From: a virus
Virus record (IMG/VR): IMGVR_UViG_3300020048_000029
Span: 64,001-128,000 of that record
Direction: 5' to 3' (one strand)
Length of the DNA: 64,000 bases
Under the pieces are notes generated by a model. That model saw only the letters and a list, made by a program, of their open reading frames with translations. It ran no database searches and had not been told where the DNA came from. Every line of letters begins with the position of its first letter. The stretch's first letter is position 1. Both the position numbers and the translations under genes were made by a program. Positions 1-9,243 of this stretch are shown piece by piece.

Positions 1-68
1 CGTAATTCGAACCTTCTCAGGTTCATAAAAGGGTGGAAAATCCGTACTAAAAAGATCGAGGACAAACT

Positions 69-1364
69 TTGCAAGTAGTTCATACAATAGTTCCTTCTAT
101 ATGCTTTGGGAAGATCGTTAAAATTGTTGACAGTGCTACTGTTGACGTCAATCTTTCTACAACACCAGTAGGCGGAATTATTGGGAACACGAGAATGCAA
201 TTTCTCCAAGATAACAAGTACCGTGTAGGGGATGCTGTTGCTGCCCTATGCGGTTTTCTTTTTGATGCGACAAGAGGCAGATATGTTGATATCGACACTG
301 CCTACAAGATGATGGTGATCGGTCACCGTACAGGATCCGTCCTCGATGGAGACGACTTCAAAGACGGTAACGCTCTCACAAAAGATCGGTACGATGAAGA
401 CAACGTCTCCTACACGAACAGAAGGAATGGGGCAGGAACTATTGTCTATGACAGTGGAAAGGTAAGAACTGCAACTTCTGATGTCGTCTTCTCAGACATG
501 ATCCCTGGCGGGATGAAGTCTTACCAGAACTACAAGTTTGACCATGCTCAAAACTACCATAAGGTCGTCGCTTGTGACGCTCCTCTGATAGCAACAAGGG
601 AGCACTTCGGGTTTGACGGCAGTAATTTCGTCTATAGAAGATTTGTGTCAACAGATCTGAAAATGACAAAGTACACCGCGGTATGCGAAGGAGCATTTGC
701 ACCTTTCGTAGGAGGCAATGGCGACTCAGACACTCTTCCGAAACCTGCAAGAGACACGATTTATTACAGAACTGTTCAAAGCGGATTGAACAGAGTCACT
801 ATCGATATTGGTAAAGACTATGTGATCAGAACTGACAAGGTTATCACAGATGAGATGTGCCCGGGTGGGTTTGCAACGCCAGCAGTCGTCGGAAACATCT
901 CAATGATATCAATGGGTGCCGACGGGTCATTCTCAATCAAGGCTGATGCCGCTGGGACTCCAGGAGTAGCTCTTCATAAGATGGTGATCGATTACGATCC
1001 TACTAATGGATTGAGTGTCATGTGTGGTGGGAAGATTACACTTGCCCACGGAACCGGATCTGAGTCTATCAACTCGATAGTAATCGATCCGAATGCAGGA
1101 GTCGATGTTACTGCAATGAACGGGTTCAGGGTTAATGGGAAAGCAGTTGTGACAGAGGATTTCCTTGCATGGCTCGATACCAATAAGACAAACCTTTGCA
1201 TGGTAACACAGATCGGTGGACCTGCACCAATATTCCCATCAGCGCTTGCAACACTTGCTATTGGGGCAGAGTCTCCACAGATAGCAGGTGGATTCACAAC
1301 TATGAACGCCGGCGCTCCTGCGATCGGGATAAATACAACGCCAGATGTTTACGCTACGGCATAA
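69..1364 (+). CDS. Putative baseplate hub/spike protein (gp5/VgrG-like)
   Basis: N-terminal OB-fold-like segment (GKIVKIVDSATVDV) and short beta-strand repeats at the C terminus; lies in virion module. Inferred from composition, no search. Confidence 0.4.
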   Translation: MQVVHTIVPSICFGKIVKIVDSATVDVNLSTTPVGGIIGNTRMQFLQDNKYRVGDAVAALCGFLFDATRGRYVDIDTAYKMMVIGHRTGSVLDGDDFKDGNALTKDRYDEDNVSYTNRRNGAGTIVYDSGKVRTATSDVVFSDMIPGGMKSYQNYKFDHAQNYHKVVACDAPLIATREHFGFDGSNFVYRRFVSTDLKMTKYTAVCEGAFAPFVGGNGDSDTLPKPARDTIYYRTVQSGLNRVTIDIGKDYVIRTDKVITDEMCPGGFATPAVVGNISMISMGADGSFSIKADAAGTPGVALHKMVIDYDPTNGLSVMCGGKITLAHGTGSESINSIVIDPNAGVDVTAMNGFRVNGKAVVTEDFLAWLDTNKTNLCMVTQIGGPAPIFPSALATLAIGAESPQIAGGFTTMNAGAPAIGINTTPDVYATA

Positions 1365-1375
1365 AAGGAGATTTT

Positions 1376-2221
1376 GTGAGTTTTGTAAAAGAAGCAGCTA
1401 ACAGATTAATGAAAGAGTTTTGGAAGCTTAAGCCTGAGACAAGAGCCAGTCTGCACGAAATTCCAGGCATGTTCAGACCAATGGAAAGATATTCCGAAGG
1501 GTTTATAACTAGAGCTTACAAGAATGCTAAAAAACACAATATCCCTATAGAAGTAAGCAAAAAAGGCGAAGGAAGTCATCTTAATACAAACCTAAAAAAA
1601 GATGGGACTCTTGACTTAAAATCAACTAAAATGATTTTGGAGCCAGCAAAAACATCGCAAAGTAATGATGTATTAAACGCAGCTGCTGGTGCAGCACATG
1701 AGTCTGATGAGCTGAGCGCAATTATGAAGCTTGATGGTAAAATTTATAATCCACCAACCGTAAAAATGCAGGTTCCAGAAGGGTACATTCCTCTTTCAAA
1801 AAAAATTGAGGTAAATGAAAAAGCTATATCAATGGTTGAATCTGCAAGAAATAGAATCAAAAAAATTCCTGTTGTTAATAAGCTTGATAAATTTATGGGT
1901 GCAGTTTCAGGAAGAATTAAAGATAAGAATGACGAAGTAAAAAAAATCAGTTTAAAAATTTTGTCAGACGGAATGTCAACATCTTCACATGCAAACTTCG
2001 GAATTCTTGGTAAAGAGTCGAACTTGCAGGCTAGAACTCCATACAAACTTTCTAATGGAGACTTTAGAATGGGTTCTGGAGAAGCTGAAATGGTAAAATC
2101 AATTACAGGAGCTAGATACGGAATTGACTACATAAAGCCTAAAGATATGAAAAAGTTGATAAACAGAAAAGAGCACTTTCAAGTAGAGTTGAATAAAACA
2201 TTCTGGGATAACTGGAGTTAA
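1376..2221 (+). CDS. Hypothetical virion-associated protein with HExDE motif (paralog of 13605..14582)
   Basis: GTG start at 1376 after AAAGGAG RBS, in frame with track ORF 1196; begins SFVKEAA; contains AHESDE and SSHANF. Confidence 0.55.
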   Translation: MSFVKEAANRLMKEFWKLKPETRASLHEIPGMFRPMERYSEGFITRAYKNAKKHNIPIEVSKKGEGSHLNTNLKKDGTLDLKSTKMILEPAKTSQSNDVLNAAAGAAHESDELSAIMKLDGKIYNPPTVKMQVPEGYIPLSKKIEVNEKAISMVESARNRIKKIPVVNKLDKFMGAVSGRIKDKNDEVKKISLKILSDGMSTSSHANFGILGKESNLQARTPYKLSNGDFRMGSGEAEMVKSITGARYGIDYIKPKDMKKLINRKEHFQVELNKTFWDNWS

Positions 2222-2224
2222 CAA

Positions 2225-2494
2225 ATGGCAGTTCAATCATACGTTGAAAGCATGCTTAAGCCTATCCTGGTTGCCAAAGCGTCCGCTGCATCCGCTAAGA
2301 CAAGTGCAACTGCAATGGACGGAATTGACGACCTTGCAGAGGCGATCGCATACGGTGTAACCATGGCTCTAACTGATCCGGGCTTACACGCTTCAATATC
2401 TTCTGTAGTCGTTACTCCGCTCGGTGGTCCAGTTGGAACACTTTTAAGTGCGGCCATTATGGGTCAATCAACAGCCGTTCCTCCAACCCCGTGA
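2225..2494 (+). CDS. Small hydrophobic virion protein (paralog of 2504..2755)
   Basis: AIAYGVTMAL...LSAAIMG is similar to the neighbouring ORF. Confidence 0.55.
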   Translation: MAVQSYVESMLKPILVAKASAASAKTSATAMDGIDDLAEAIAYGVTMALTDPGLHASISSVVVTPLGGPVGTLLSAAIMGQSTAVPPTP

Positions 2495-2503
2495 TATATT
2501 TTT

Positions 2504-2755
2504 ATGATTAAAGAAGCAGTAAAAGCATTTCTTGTCCAGTACACAACGGCGCACGCCGGTGATGCACTTGACTCGAGTGACATGATATCTAAAGCTGTTG
2601 CGTATGCAATGGCGCTTGCCTTGTCGAATGTCTCAATGCATTCACAGATGGCATCAATAATTGTGCCTCCTCCAGTGCCTCCCGCGACTGGTACAGTGGG
2701 TCTTCCTACTTTCGGGGTTCAACTTTCAGCAATAATTATGGGGAGCGCTAAATGA
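2504..2755 (+). CDS. Small hydrophobic virion protein (paralog of 2225..2494)
   Basis: AVAYAMALAL...LSAIIMG; stop overlaps the next start. Confidence 0.55.
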   Translation: MIKEAVKAFLVQYTTAHAGDALDSSDMISKAVAYAMALALSNVSMHSQMASIIVPPPVPPATGTVGLPTFGVQLSAIIMGSAK

Positions 2756-4632
2756 AAAGTGTTATCGCAAAGCCGGTCTTCGAGAAGATCGCAGGAATCA
2801 AAGTGTCAAAGAACTCCGCAGAGTGGAAGGAAGCTATCATTAAGAGCTTCATTGAAACTGTCGGAGAGAAGCTTCCTCAAAACGTGTCTTATGACGCGGT
2901 TGTTGACAATAATGACGAAAACCAAGGCTTCGCAGCTGGAAGTATCGTTGTTTGGAACGGGAACAAGAAAATAAACTTCCCTGTGATCATCAGAGATTAC
3001 GAGCTGTGCCCATTCGACACGTTCATAATCAGAAGCAATGGTAAGACTGTTTACAGCCATGCAAACAAGGACAGCATTGCAAAAGCTCTCATGACTCAAG
3101 AACTCTTCGGAGAGTACAAGAAGGAAGACCTTTCAAACAAGTTCATAAAACTGCCAGGCGGAATGCCAATGGCAAATGCCGTAATGGTTGAAAAACTTGC
3201 GAGCGAGCTGACTCCTGAAGTTCTTTCGAATTTCGCTGTGAACAGTGGATCGGCTATCAACACTTTCGTCAACAGCAATCTCTCGCTTTATGAGACTCAG
3301 AAAGCTCCTGTTGTAATGGCGAATCAGATGTCAACAATGTTTGAATCTGAGATCCTTGATCCAAATGAACTCACCCCAATCCCGATCGGGTTCCCTGGAG
3401 AAGTTCGAATCAAGACTTACCCGACACTCGAGGATTTCTCTGGAGACCCAACAAACGGCGTGATAGCTAAAAAAATTGGGAAGTCTTCAATTGGTCTTTC
3501 TGTTATTGCAAAGAGACTCCCTTCAGACAGAGATAGAGATTACAACGAGGTTCAATACTCTTTCATCTCTGTTGACGGTTTCTACTCTGGAATGATGTGG
3601 GATGGTGAAGGAATGCCTTTCGGTACCACTATGAGCAAAGAAGTTATCCCAACGATAATGGAAGCTCTTAAAAAGTACGAAATAACATCTTACGGCTACA
3701 ACCAGTACAGCAGTTACAAGCGATCAAGAGATGGTTACTCTTCTTCAGAATACCAGTGCGACAGAGACGATGACATTGTGATCGTAACAAGCAGTGGAGA
3801 GATCTATAAAAATCACATGCACAAACTTAAGACCATTCACTCTGGAAATGATAAGATTTTCATTTTGAATGAAAGTATTGCGTTCATCCCTGCTGACACT
3901 GAAAGCATTATTCGAATCGAAGGTGTGAAGGACGCAACTTTGAAATCTCTTATTGGTAACATGAAGAGTACTTATGTCTACCCAAGAAATTCACTGTTTC
4001 TTAAAATGTATCAGAAGAATGATTTCATAACTCCTTCAACTGATATCAAGCGCGATCTCATAAATCTTGAGCGTATCAAAGTCGAAGTGTCAATTGGAGA
4101 CTCCGGCCTCTCAATCAAAGGGTACAGCGCAAAAGAGATCAACAATTTAATGGGCGGCGTTTACACTGTTGAAAGCATGAAGAATGCGATCAAGATGCTT
4201 GGGTTCAGCGAAGCTAATTACAAAAAGATCGCTTCAGAGCTTATTTCAAAAGGGTCATGTACAGTCTATGGAGCATGCCCACCTGACTTTAGCAAGGTTG
4301 CATCTGAGTTTAACAATGTTGATGAAATTGACGAAGCTCTCGGAACGCTTGCGAAATTTGTTGAGAGAAACCTCATCAAAGAAGCGAGTGAGATCCAGGA
4401 TCCTAGATCGGTCGAAGCTGTCTTAAGCCTCAACACTGTCAACAAGGATACTGTTCTCAATGTTGTCGAGAATATCGACCTCTACAAAGAGACGGCTGAT
4501 AAAATTGCAGAGATGCTTGTAATGTCTCGCATGGGGATGACAACAGTAAATGAAGACGCGCTCAAACGTGTCATGGAGAATCTTACAGATGTCATAAATG
4601 GCGTCGAAAAGGTTAAATCGATTATTGGCTAA
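2752..4632 (+). CDS. Large putative head-associated protein with multiple K-x-A motifs
   Basis: 626-aa ORF; FEKIAG, EKLAS, SKVAS, IKEAS, DKIAE. Confidence 0.6.
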   Translation: MKSVIAKPVFEKIAGIKVSKNSAEWKEAIIKSFIETVGEKLPQNVSYDAVVDNNDENQGFAAGSIVVWNGNKKINFPVIIRDYELCPFDTFIIRSNGKTVYSHANKDSIAKALMTQELFGEYKKEDLSNKFIKLPGGMPMANAVMVEKLASELTPEVLSNFAVNSGSAINTFVNSNLSLYETQKAPVVMANQMSTMFESEILDPNELTPIPIGFPGEVRIKTYPTLEDFSGDPTNGVIAKKIGKSSIGLSVIAKRLPSDRDRDYNEVQYSFISVDGFYSGMMWDGEGMPFGTTMSKEVIPTIMEALKKYEITSYGYNQYSSYKRSRDGYSSSEYQCDRDDDIVIVTSSGEIYKNHMHKLKTIHSGNDKIFILNESIAFIPADTESIIRIEGVKDATLKSLIGNMKSTYVYPRNSLFLKMYQKNDFITPSTDIKRDLINLERIKVEVSIGDSGLSIKGYSAKEINNLMGGVYTVESMKNAIKMLGFSEANYKKIASELISKGSCTVYGACPPDFSKVASEFNNVDEIDEALGTLAKFVERNLIKEASEIQDPRSVEAVLSLNTVNKDTVLNVVENIDLYKETADKIAEMLVMSRMGMTTVNEDALKRVMENLTDVINGVEKVKSIIG

Positions 4633-4662
4633 AAAAAGGGGAAGTTAATCTTCCCCGATTTT
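4631..4662. terminator. Bidirectional intrinsic terminator between convergent genes
   Basis: A-run + GGGGAAG-TTAAT-CTTCCCC + GATTTT. Confidence 0.55.
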
Positions 4663-5262
4663 AAGCAGTCTTCCGAGGCGGGCTTTTATAAGTCCGCCTC
4701 TTTCAGATCTAACACTATCAATTTCGAATATCGCATATACCCCTTTACCTTTCCCAGCTTGAATCTTGACTATCTTCGGATCCCTCATCCATCGCTTAGA
4801 CCAATACGCCTTGTCAGCAGTAGCTACAGAGCCTTCAAGCCCACACACCGCAGACTTGACGAAGCGTTTATTGGCAGGGATTATTATCTTGTAAGTGTTT
4901 TCTATGTAGCAGTCTATGAGCCCTGCAACATCGTTAAGCCTACCATCAACTTGAAAACGGCCTGAAATTAACCGAGTCCTTCCCCCGACGTGTACAATCC
5001 TGAACCATTTGAAATTGCGATTGCTGCTCATTATATCGCTTGTTACCGCAAAATTGTCCCACCCGCCATGCTGAATCATATTCCTAACGGAATCACTTGC
5101 CGGAATGAAGAATTCCCCCAAAATATTATTGGAGAAGCTCTCAAAAATATTTCTGGCAGACCTAGGAGTTGAAGCGTATACTTGGGTCGCATACGCAACA
5201 GCATCAGCAGCATCTCTCCAGTTATGATTCAAAAGTGTACCCGTCACTTCTGATGTAATCAT
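4645..5262 (-). CDS. Hypothetical protein
   Basis: 205-aa ORF in a run of overlapping - strand genes. Confidence 0.5.
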   Translation of the reverse strand: MITSEVTGTLLNHNWRDAADAVAYATQVYASTPRSARNIFESFSNNILGEFFIPASDSVRNMIQHGGWDNFAVTSDIMSSNRNFKWFRIVHVGGRTRLISGRFQVDGRLNDVAGLIDCYIENTYKIIIPANKRFVKSAVCGLEGSVATADKAYWSKRWMRDPKIVKIQAGKGKGVYAIFEIDSVRSERGGLIKARLGRLLKIGED

Positions 5263-5590
5263 CTGTGTGCTTGTCTCTCATGAGAGCATACACACTTACT
5301 GAAGATCCAGAGAACCATTTAAACTCTGTACCAACAAACGCAGGGCAGAACGTCTCGGAGAAGTCATCTTCGCTTATTGGGCCATCTTCGCCGCACATCT
5401 CCCAAAGCTTGTCTTTTACAATTATTGAATCGACATTGCCAAGTATCTCTGCGTGCTTCATAATATCAACAGCGCGGTTTCTTATCACACTTTCATCAAA
5501 CCTGAACTCATAGTGGTCAGGAAGATCGTGATACTCGTTACTTGAAAACCCTGGTCTAATCTCCATTTTCAATCCACCCTTCAATTGCAT
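5222..5590 (-). CDS. Hypothetical protein
   Basis: ORF with GGTGGA RBS before internal Met (MEIRPG). Confidence 0.55.
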   Translation of the reverse strand: MQLKGGLKMEIRPGFSSNEYHDLPDHYEFRFDESVIRNRAVDIMKHAEILGNVDSIIVKDKLWEMCGEDGPISEDDFSETFCPAFVGTEFKWFSGSSVSVYALMRDKHTDDYIRSDGYTFES

Positions 5591-5816
5591 CTTTTGTCAC
5601 TTCCCAGTTCAAAATCATTCCAGTGTCGATATCGACAGTCAGCCTGAGATCGTCTCCGCCTCCACCTGGTAGGAATGATGGCAGATACCCATCTCTTTCA
5701 AACAGCGTCTTCCCGCTGCTGTCCTTCAGCTCGATCACATTCATGTCTCTCGAGTGAGACGTTATTTCCATCGTCTTTACGTTCAGCATTTCCGGTACGT
5801 TCATTTGAACCATCAT
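5556..5816 (-). CDS. Hypothetical phage protein
   Basis: DGYLPSFLPG..GDDLRLTVDIDTGMILNW resembles small phage proteins. Confidence 0.55.
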   Translation of the reverse strand: MMVQMNVPEMLNVKTMEITSHSRDMNVIELKDSSGKTLFERDGYLPSFLPGGGGDDLRLTVDIDTGMILNWEVTKDAIEGWIENGD

Positions 5817-5895
5817 TCCAGTTTATCCTTTGGTGATTGTTTCTAAAATCAGAAGCAGATCCTCTTGGTCTGCTAGTCTTTCCATTCCAAGTCAT

Positions 5896-6081
5896 TTACA
5901 CCTCCTCCAGCTTCTTCAGATGCTCCCGTACTTTGGCATAATCATCTTCAGCCTCCTTCCTGAGCACTTGGATGCTCCCTTCTTTTTTTCTCAAAATTCT
6001 CTCGATAGCTCTGTGAGCTTCTTTTCCTGAAATGAGACCGATCTCTTTAAGAGCGTAAACTCTTCTTGTTTCTTCAAACAT
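5896..6081 (-). CDS. Hypothetical protein
   Basis: GAGGTG RBS, 61 aa. Confidence 0.5.
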   Translation of the reverse strand: MFEETRRVYALKEIGLISGKEAHRAIERILRKKEGSIQVLRKEAEDDYAKVREHLKKLEEV

Positions 6082-6092
6082 TGAACACCTCG

Positions 6093-6126
6093 TAAAAAAA
6101 TAAAAGCCCGGTTTTTACACCGGGCT
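6093..6126 (-). terminator. Intrinsic terminator ending the DHH-RT operon
   Basis: AGCCCGGT-GTAAA-AACCGGGCT hairpin followed by a U-tract on - strand. Confidence 0.65.
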
Positions 6127-6217
6127 AATTCTGCAAACATACCTGGCGTGGCCAGGGCAGTAACTCTCCAATTCGAAACGAATTGGTTACGCTTGTTGAG
6201 CGCTTCTTTGCAGTAGA

Positions 6218-6400
6218 CTACTTCTTCTTCGCGCCTCGGTACTTGCGTAAAATTCTCTCGTCCTCTTTTGCTTTCCATTTCTCGTGGATTTTGTCGAACA
6301 GGTCGATTGCACCAGAGATCATGTCGGCAACCATAGGAATAATTTCAAGAGAGTTTGTCGCGACCTTGCGAAAACCATCCATAGTCGGCTTCTTCGGCAT
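6218..6400 (-). CDS. Small basic protein downstream of the RT
   Basis: GGAGG RBS, 60 aa, overlaps the RT 3' end. Confidence 0.55.
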   Translation of the reverse strand: MPKKPTMDGFRKVATNSLEIIPMVADMISGAIDLFDKIHEKWKAKEDERILRKYRGAKKK

Positions 6401-7472
6401 AAGTATCCTCCATATTAACGTTCTTAAGCCCTGGCTTGGCTGTCGCTAACATGTCCATATACTTCTTACCTTTGACCTTATCAATACTCATCAAGTAACT
6501 GCACCAGCCACGAAGTTTCATAAGTCTTTCAACTGTCAATTTCTCAGGATGTTTCACTACAGCGTGGTGAACCATTGCCCTGAACATTTTCATTTGATAC
6601 TTTGAAACTGATAGCTTATCATTCACAACAACCCCGCAAACTTCAAGTCTTGCACCGCGGTGTCTGAATCTTACCTTCTTTGGATTTACTTCAAACCCGT
6701 ATGCCCAAAGCATTGATTTAGCCTTTGGAACAACGATGTTTGCAAGCTCTGAAGAAGACATTCCATACACCTCATTTTCATCTGTCACACCTCCATGAGA
6801 GAACGAAAGGTCGTCTGCATATCTGGTGTAATTGATTTCTCTTTCTTTACACCATTTCGCAACGCGATCATCAAATCCTCTCATGATGATATTTGCAAGA
6901 ATCGGAGATGTTGGGAACCCTTGTGGAGTGTAACCCTTGTACGTCACAAGGTTCACAATCTTTGAAAGGAACGGATCATAATCGGATTTTTCGCAGAAGT
7001 CAGGAATCAACATAGCCTTGATCTCTGGGCAGACTCCGATATATTCACCGGACTGATTCTTGTACAGGGATGGACTACATTTACCGGCCTTCATACTACT
7101 GTGCATCGTACATGCTTTGCACACCTTCTTGTTTCCAAGGAGACAGTTTTTCAGGTGATCCTCATTGATCGAATCAAAGAAGTCCTTCACATCGATCGTT
7201 CCAAGAGATCTTGACCGAAGGTGAGGCTTTGCATTTGTTACGATGCTTCTGTTGATCTTGAACCCGTGAGCGGCATCGTGAGTGTTGTACTTCAAAAGGA
7301 AGAAAGAGATCGATTTTAGAATTGTCTTGTATTCACCAACAGGTTCAACAATCTTTCTAAATCCACCTCTCTTCTTAGGGATTTTTATCTCCCTGACCCA
7401 CTTGCTCTGGTCCGAGATTATCCGATCCGCCAGATCCCAGTTGATGTTCAGAAGCTTTTCCTTCGTAATCAT
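6345..7472 (-). CDS. Retron-type reverse transcriptase
   Basis: IPKKRGGFRKIVEP, AHGF..SIVTNAKPH (retron region X NAxxH), DVKDFFDSI, TPQGFPTSPILAN, YTRYADDLSFS, EVCGVVVN (region Y VTG-like). Confidence 0.93.
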   Translation of the reverse strand: MITKEKLLNINWDLADRIISDQSKWVREIKIPKKRGGFRKIVEPVGEYKTILKSISFFLLKYNTHDAAHGFKINRSIVTNAKPHLRSRSLGTIDVKDFFDSINEDHLKNCLLGNKKVCKACTMHSSMKAGKCSPSLYKNQSGEYIGVCPEIKAMLIPDFCEKSDYDPFLSKIVNLVTYKGYTPQGFPTSPILANIIMRGFDDRVAKWCKEREINYTRYADDLSFSHGGVTDENEVYGMSSSELANIVVPKAKSMLWAYGFEVNPKKVRFRHRGARLEVCGVVVNDKLSVSKYQMKMFRAMVHHAVVKHPEKLTVERLMKLRGWCSYLMSIDKVKGKKYMDMLATAKPGLKNVNMEDTYAEEADYGWFSQGRDKLS

Positions 7473-7532
7473 TTACAGCACTCCCTCTCTCTGATCCTTG
7501 TTTAACCATCTCTTCAACTGGGTCACATTCAT
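7473..7532 (-). CDS. Possible 19-aa coupling peptide (MNVTQLKRWLNKDQREGVL)
   Basis: ATG overlaps the DHH TGA (TGATG); TAA abuts the RT ATG; fills the whole gap. Confidence 0.35.
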   Translation of the reverse strand: MNVTQLKRWLNKDQREGVL

Positions 7533-8440
7533 CAATCGCATACTTCTCCATCGATTCTCTCCAAGTTCATGATTATTGCCGACGTTACTTCAAATTCGTC
7601 AGCCTCATCGATCTTGCCTCCTGCAATACCTTTGTGGCCTCCGACACCTTTTTCTCCGATTACTGACCGCAGAACATCAACAGCGTCAACCTTGCTTTCG
7701 ATCCACGGACTAACGCTGAGTCTGACAGACAAGCTGTTGCCTTTTCCGTAAGTGTACCGAATGCAATATCGCATATTTCTGTAGATGTAGAACTCAGCGT
7801 ATCTTGCGATCGGAGCCTTGTCATGCTGGAAAATTACACCAACACCATTCATGATCGTAATGTCGTTCATCGCTGACTTCGCTGCATCGATATCATGATT
7901 AATGATCTTATCGATATCAACACCTGAAACAGCTTTTTCCACATCAAGATCATTGATTACAAGGCTGCCGACGATTGCGTTCATAAAATGTTTGTTTACA
8001 CCAGCATTCTGAGCAACCCATATCCGCAGGATGTTTATCGGATCTCTTGATTCAAACGGTTCAGAAGGAGACTTGTACGTTGCCGTGTCAACATCTCCGA
8101 TTGCTCTGATAAGGTCCTCGCTTATTACGCGGCCTTTCACAAGAGCATAAGACGCAAGGATCTGAAAGCAGCTTCTTGCATCAACGTTGAACAGGTCACC
8201 TTCGACTGGAACCGAGTTGGACTTGTGGTGGTCAAACCAAAGATCAACACCCGGAGCTCTGTCAATATCAATCGCAACAACTGTTGCACCTTTGATCTTT
8301 TTGATGAGCTTTGTATAGACCTGTCTGTCTGCAGAACGAACAGGCTGCAAGTTGAACTTACAGCCTGGATTTGATAATACAAATAGAGCGGCGCTCATGG
8401 CGCCGTCTACGTCGTTGTGGTAAAATACTTGATAGAACAA
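7532..8440 (-). CDS. DHH/DHHA1-family phosphoesterase
   Basis: YHNDVDG, IDID, WFDHH and C-terminal VGGHKGIAG motifs. Confidence 0.85.
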   Translation of the reverse strand: MFYQVFYHNDVDGAMSAALFVLSNPGCKFNLQPVRSADRQVYTKLIKKIKGATVVAIDIDRAPGVDLWFDHHKSNSVPVEGDLFNVDARSCFQILASYALVKGRVISEDLIRAIGDVDTATYKSPSEPFESRDPINILRIWVAQNAGVNKHFMNAIVGSLVINDLDVEKAVSGVDIDKIINHDIDAAKSAMNDITIMNGVGVIFQHDKAPIARYAEFYIYRNMRYCIRYTYGKGNSLSVRLSVSPWIESKVDAVDVLRSVIGEKGVGGHKGIAGGKIDEADEFEVTSAIIMNLERIDGEVCD

Positions 8441-8505
8441 AATACCTCCAATAAGTTAAATGCTACCTTTCATAGTAGTTGTTCCTTAATTGGAGCTAGA
8501 ATAAC

Positions 8506-9195
8506 TTAGCTTCCGCCGTATTCGTCGAACGTAGAGTTCTTGATAGCACTGTTGAACGCTACACCTCCACCGATCGCTCCGGTGACTCCGACGCCAACAA
8601 CAGCATTCCCGAACTTTTTCTTTCGACTATCAAATTTCGCCTTCTTTGCAGCAAGAGCAGCGTCCCTCTCGGCGGCAGCAGCAGATATTTTCGCAGCCTC
8701 TCTTTGAGCAGCAGTACTGTAACCTTTTACACCAAGAGTCCCGCCTACTTCATGAAGGAGATTGTTAATGCCGCCAGTGATGCGATCATCTTTTACGGCA
8801 GCTTCTGCCGACCCTTTTACTTTATCAACTTCGTTGTAAAAGTTTTTAGCTTTTCCGAAAAGAGAGTCTCTACTGCCTTGGAGCTTTTTAAGATTGTTGT
8901 CGTGCCGAGCATATTGTTCAGTACCTTTTTCAAAAGCGTCTCTTGCTTGAGCGCGTTGACCAATAAGCTCATCGTAACGAGCGTTTCTCTTCTTGTTAGC
9001 ACCCCAAACACTTTTCACACCCTCAATCAACTCTTCTCCGGCACTTGTTTGTTTGATGTTATTGAATGTAGATTTTACGGCGTCTTTCAGATGGGCAGCA
9101 GTCTGTGTTCCACCAATGGCTTTACCGACTGCGTCGAACCCCTTTTTTGTGTATCCTTCAATAAACTGGCCCCAGCCCGCATTCTTCTCTATCAT
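8506..9195 (-). CDS. K-x-A leader protein with C-terminal Gly-rich hydrophobic segment
   Basis: Probable start MIEKNAG at 9195 after GAAGGTGG; C-terminal AVVGVGVTGAIGGGVAF. Confidence 0.6.
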   Translation of the reverse strand: MIEKNAGWGQFIEGYTKKGFDAVGKAIGGTQTAAHLKDAVKSTFNNIKQTSAGEELIEGVKSVWGANKKRNARYDELIGQRAQARDAFEKGTEQYARHDNNLKKLQGSRDSLFGKAKNFYNEVDKVKGSAEAAVKDDRITGGINNLLHEVGGTLGVKGYSTAAQREAAKISAAAAERDAALAAKKAKFDSRKKKFGNAVVGVGVTGAIGGGVAFNSAIKNSTFDEYGGS

Positions 9196-9243
9196 GTGTC
9201 CACCTTCCATTAGTTATATTTTAAAAATATATCTGGGAGGGAC

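Noticed and set aside
6345-7472. DGR or group II intron RT
   Set aside because: Has PQG..SP, NAxxH and VCG (retron-like) rather than the DGR GxxxSQ motif; no TR/VR pair seen; no maturase/endonuclease domain or flanking intron RNA.
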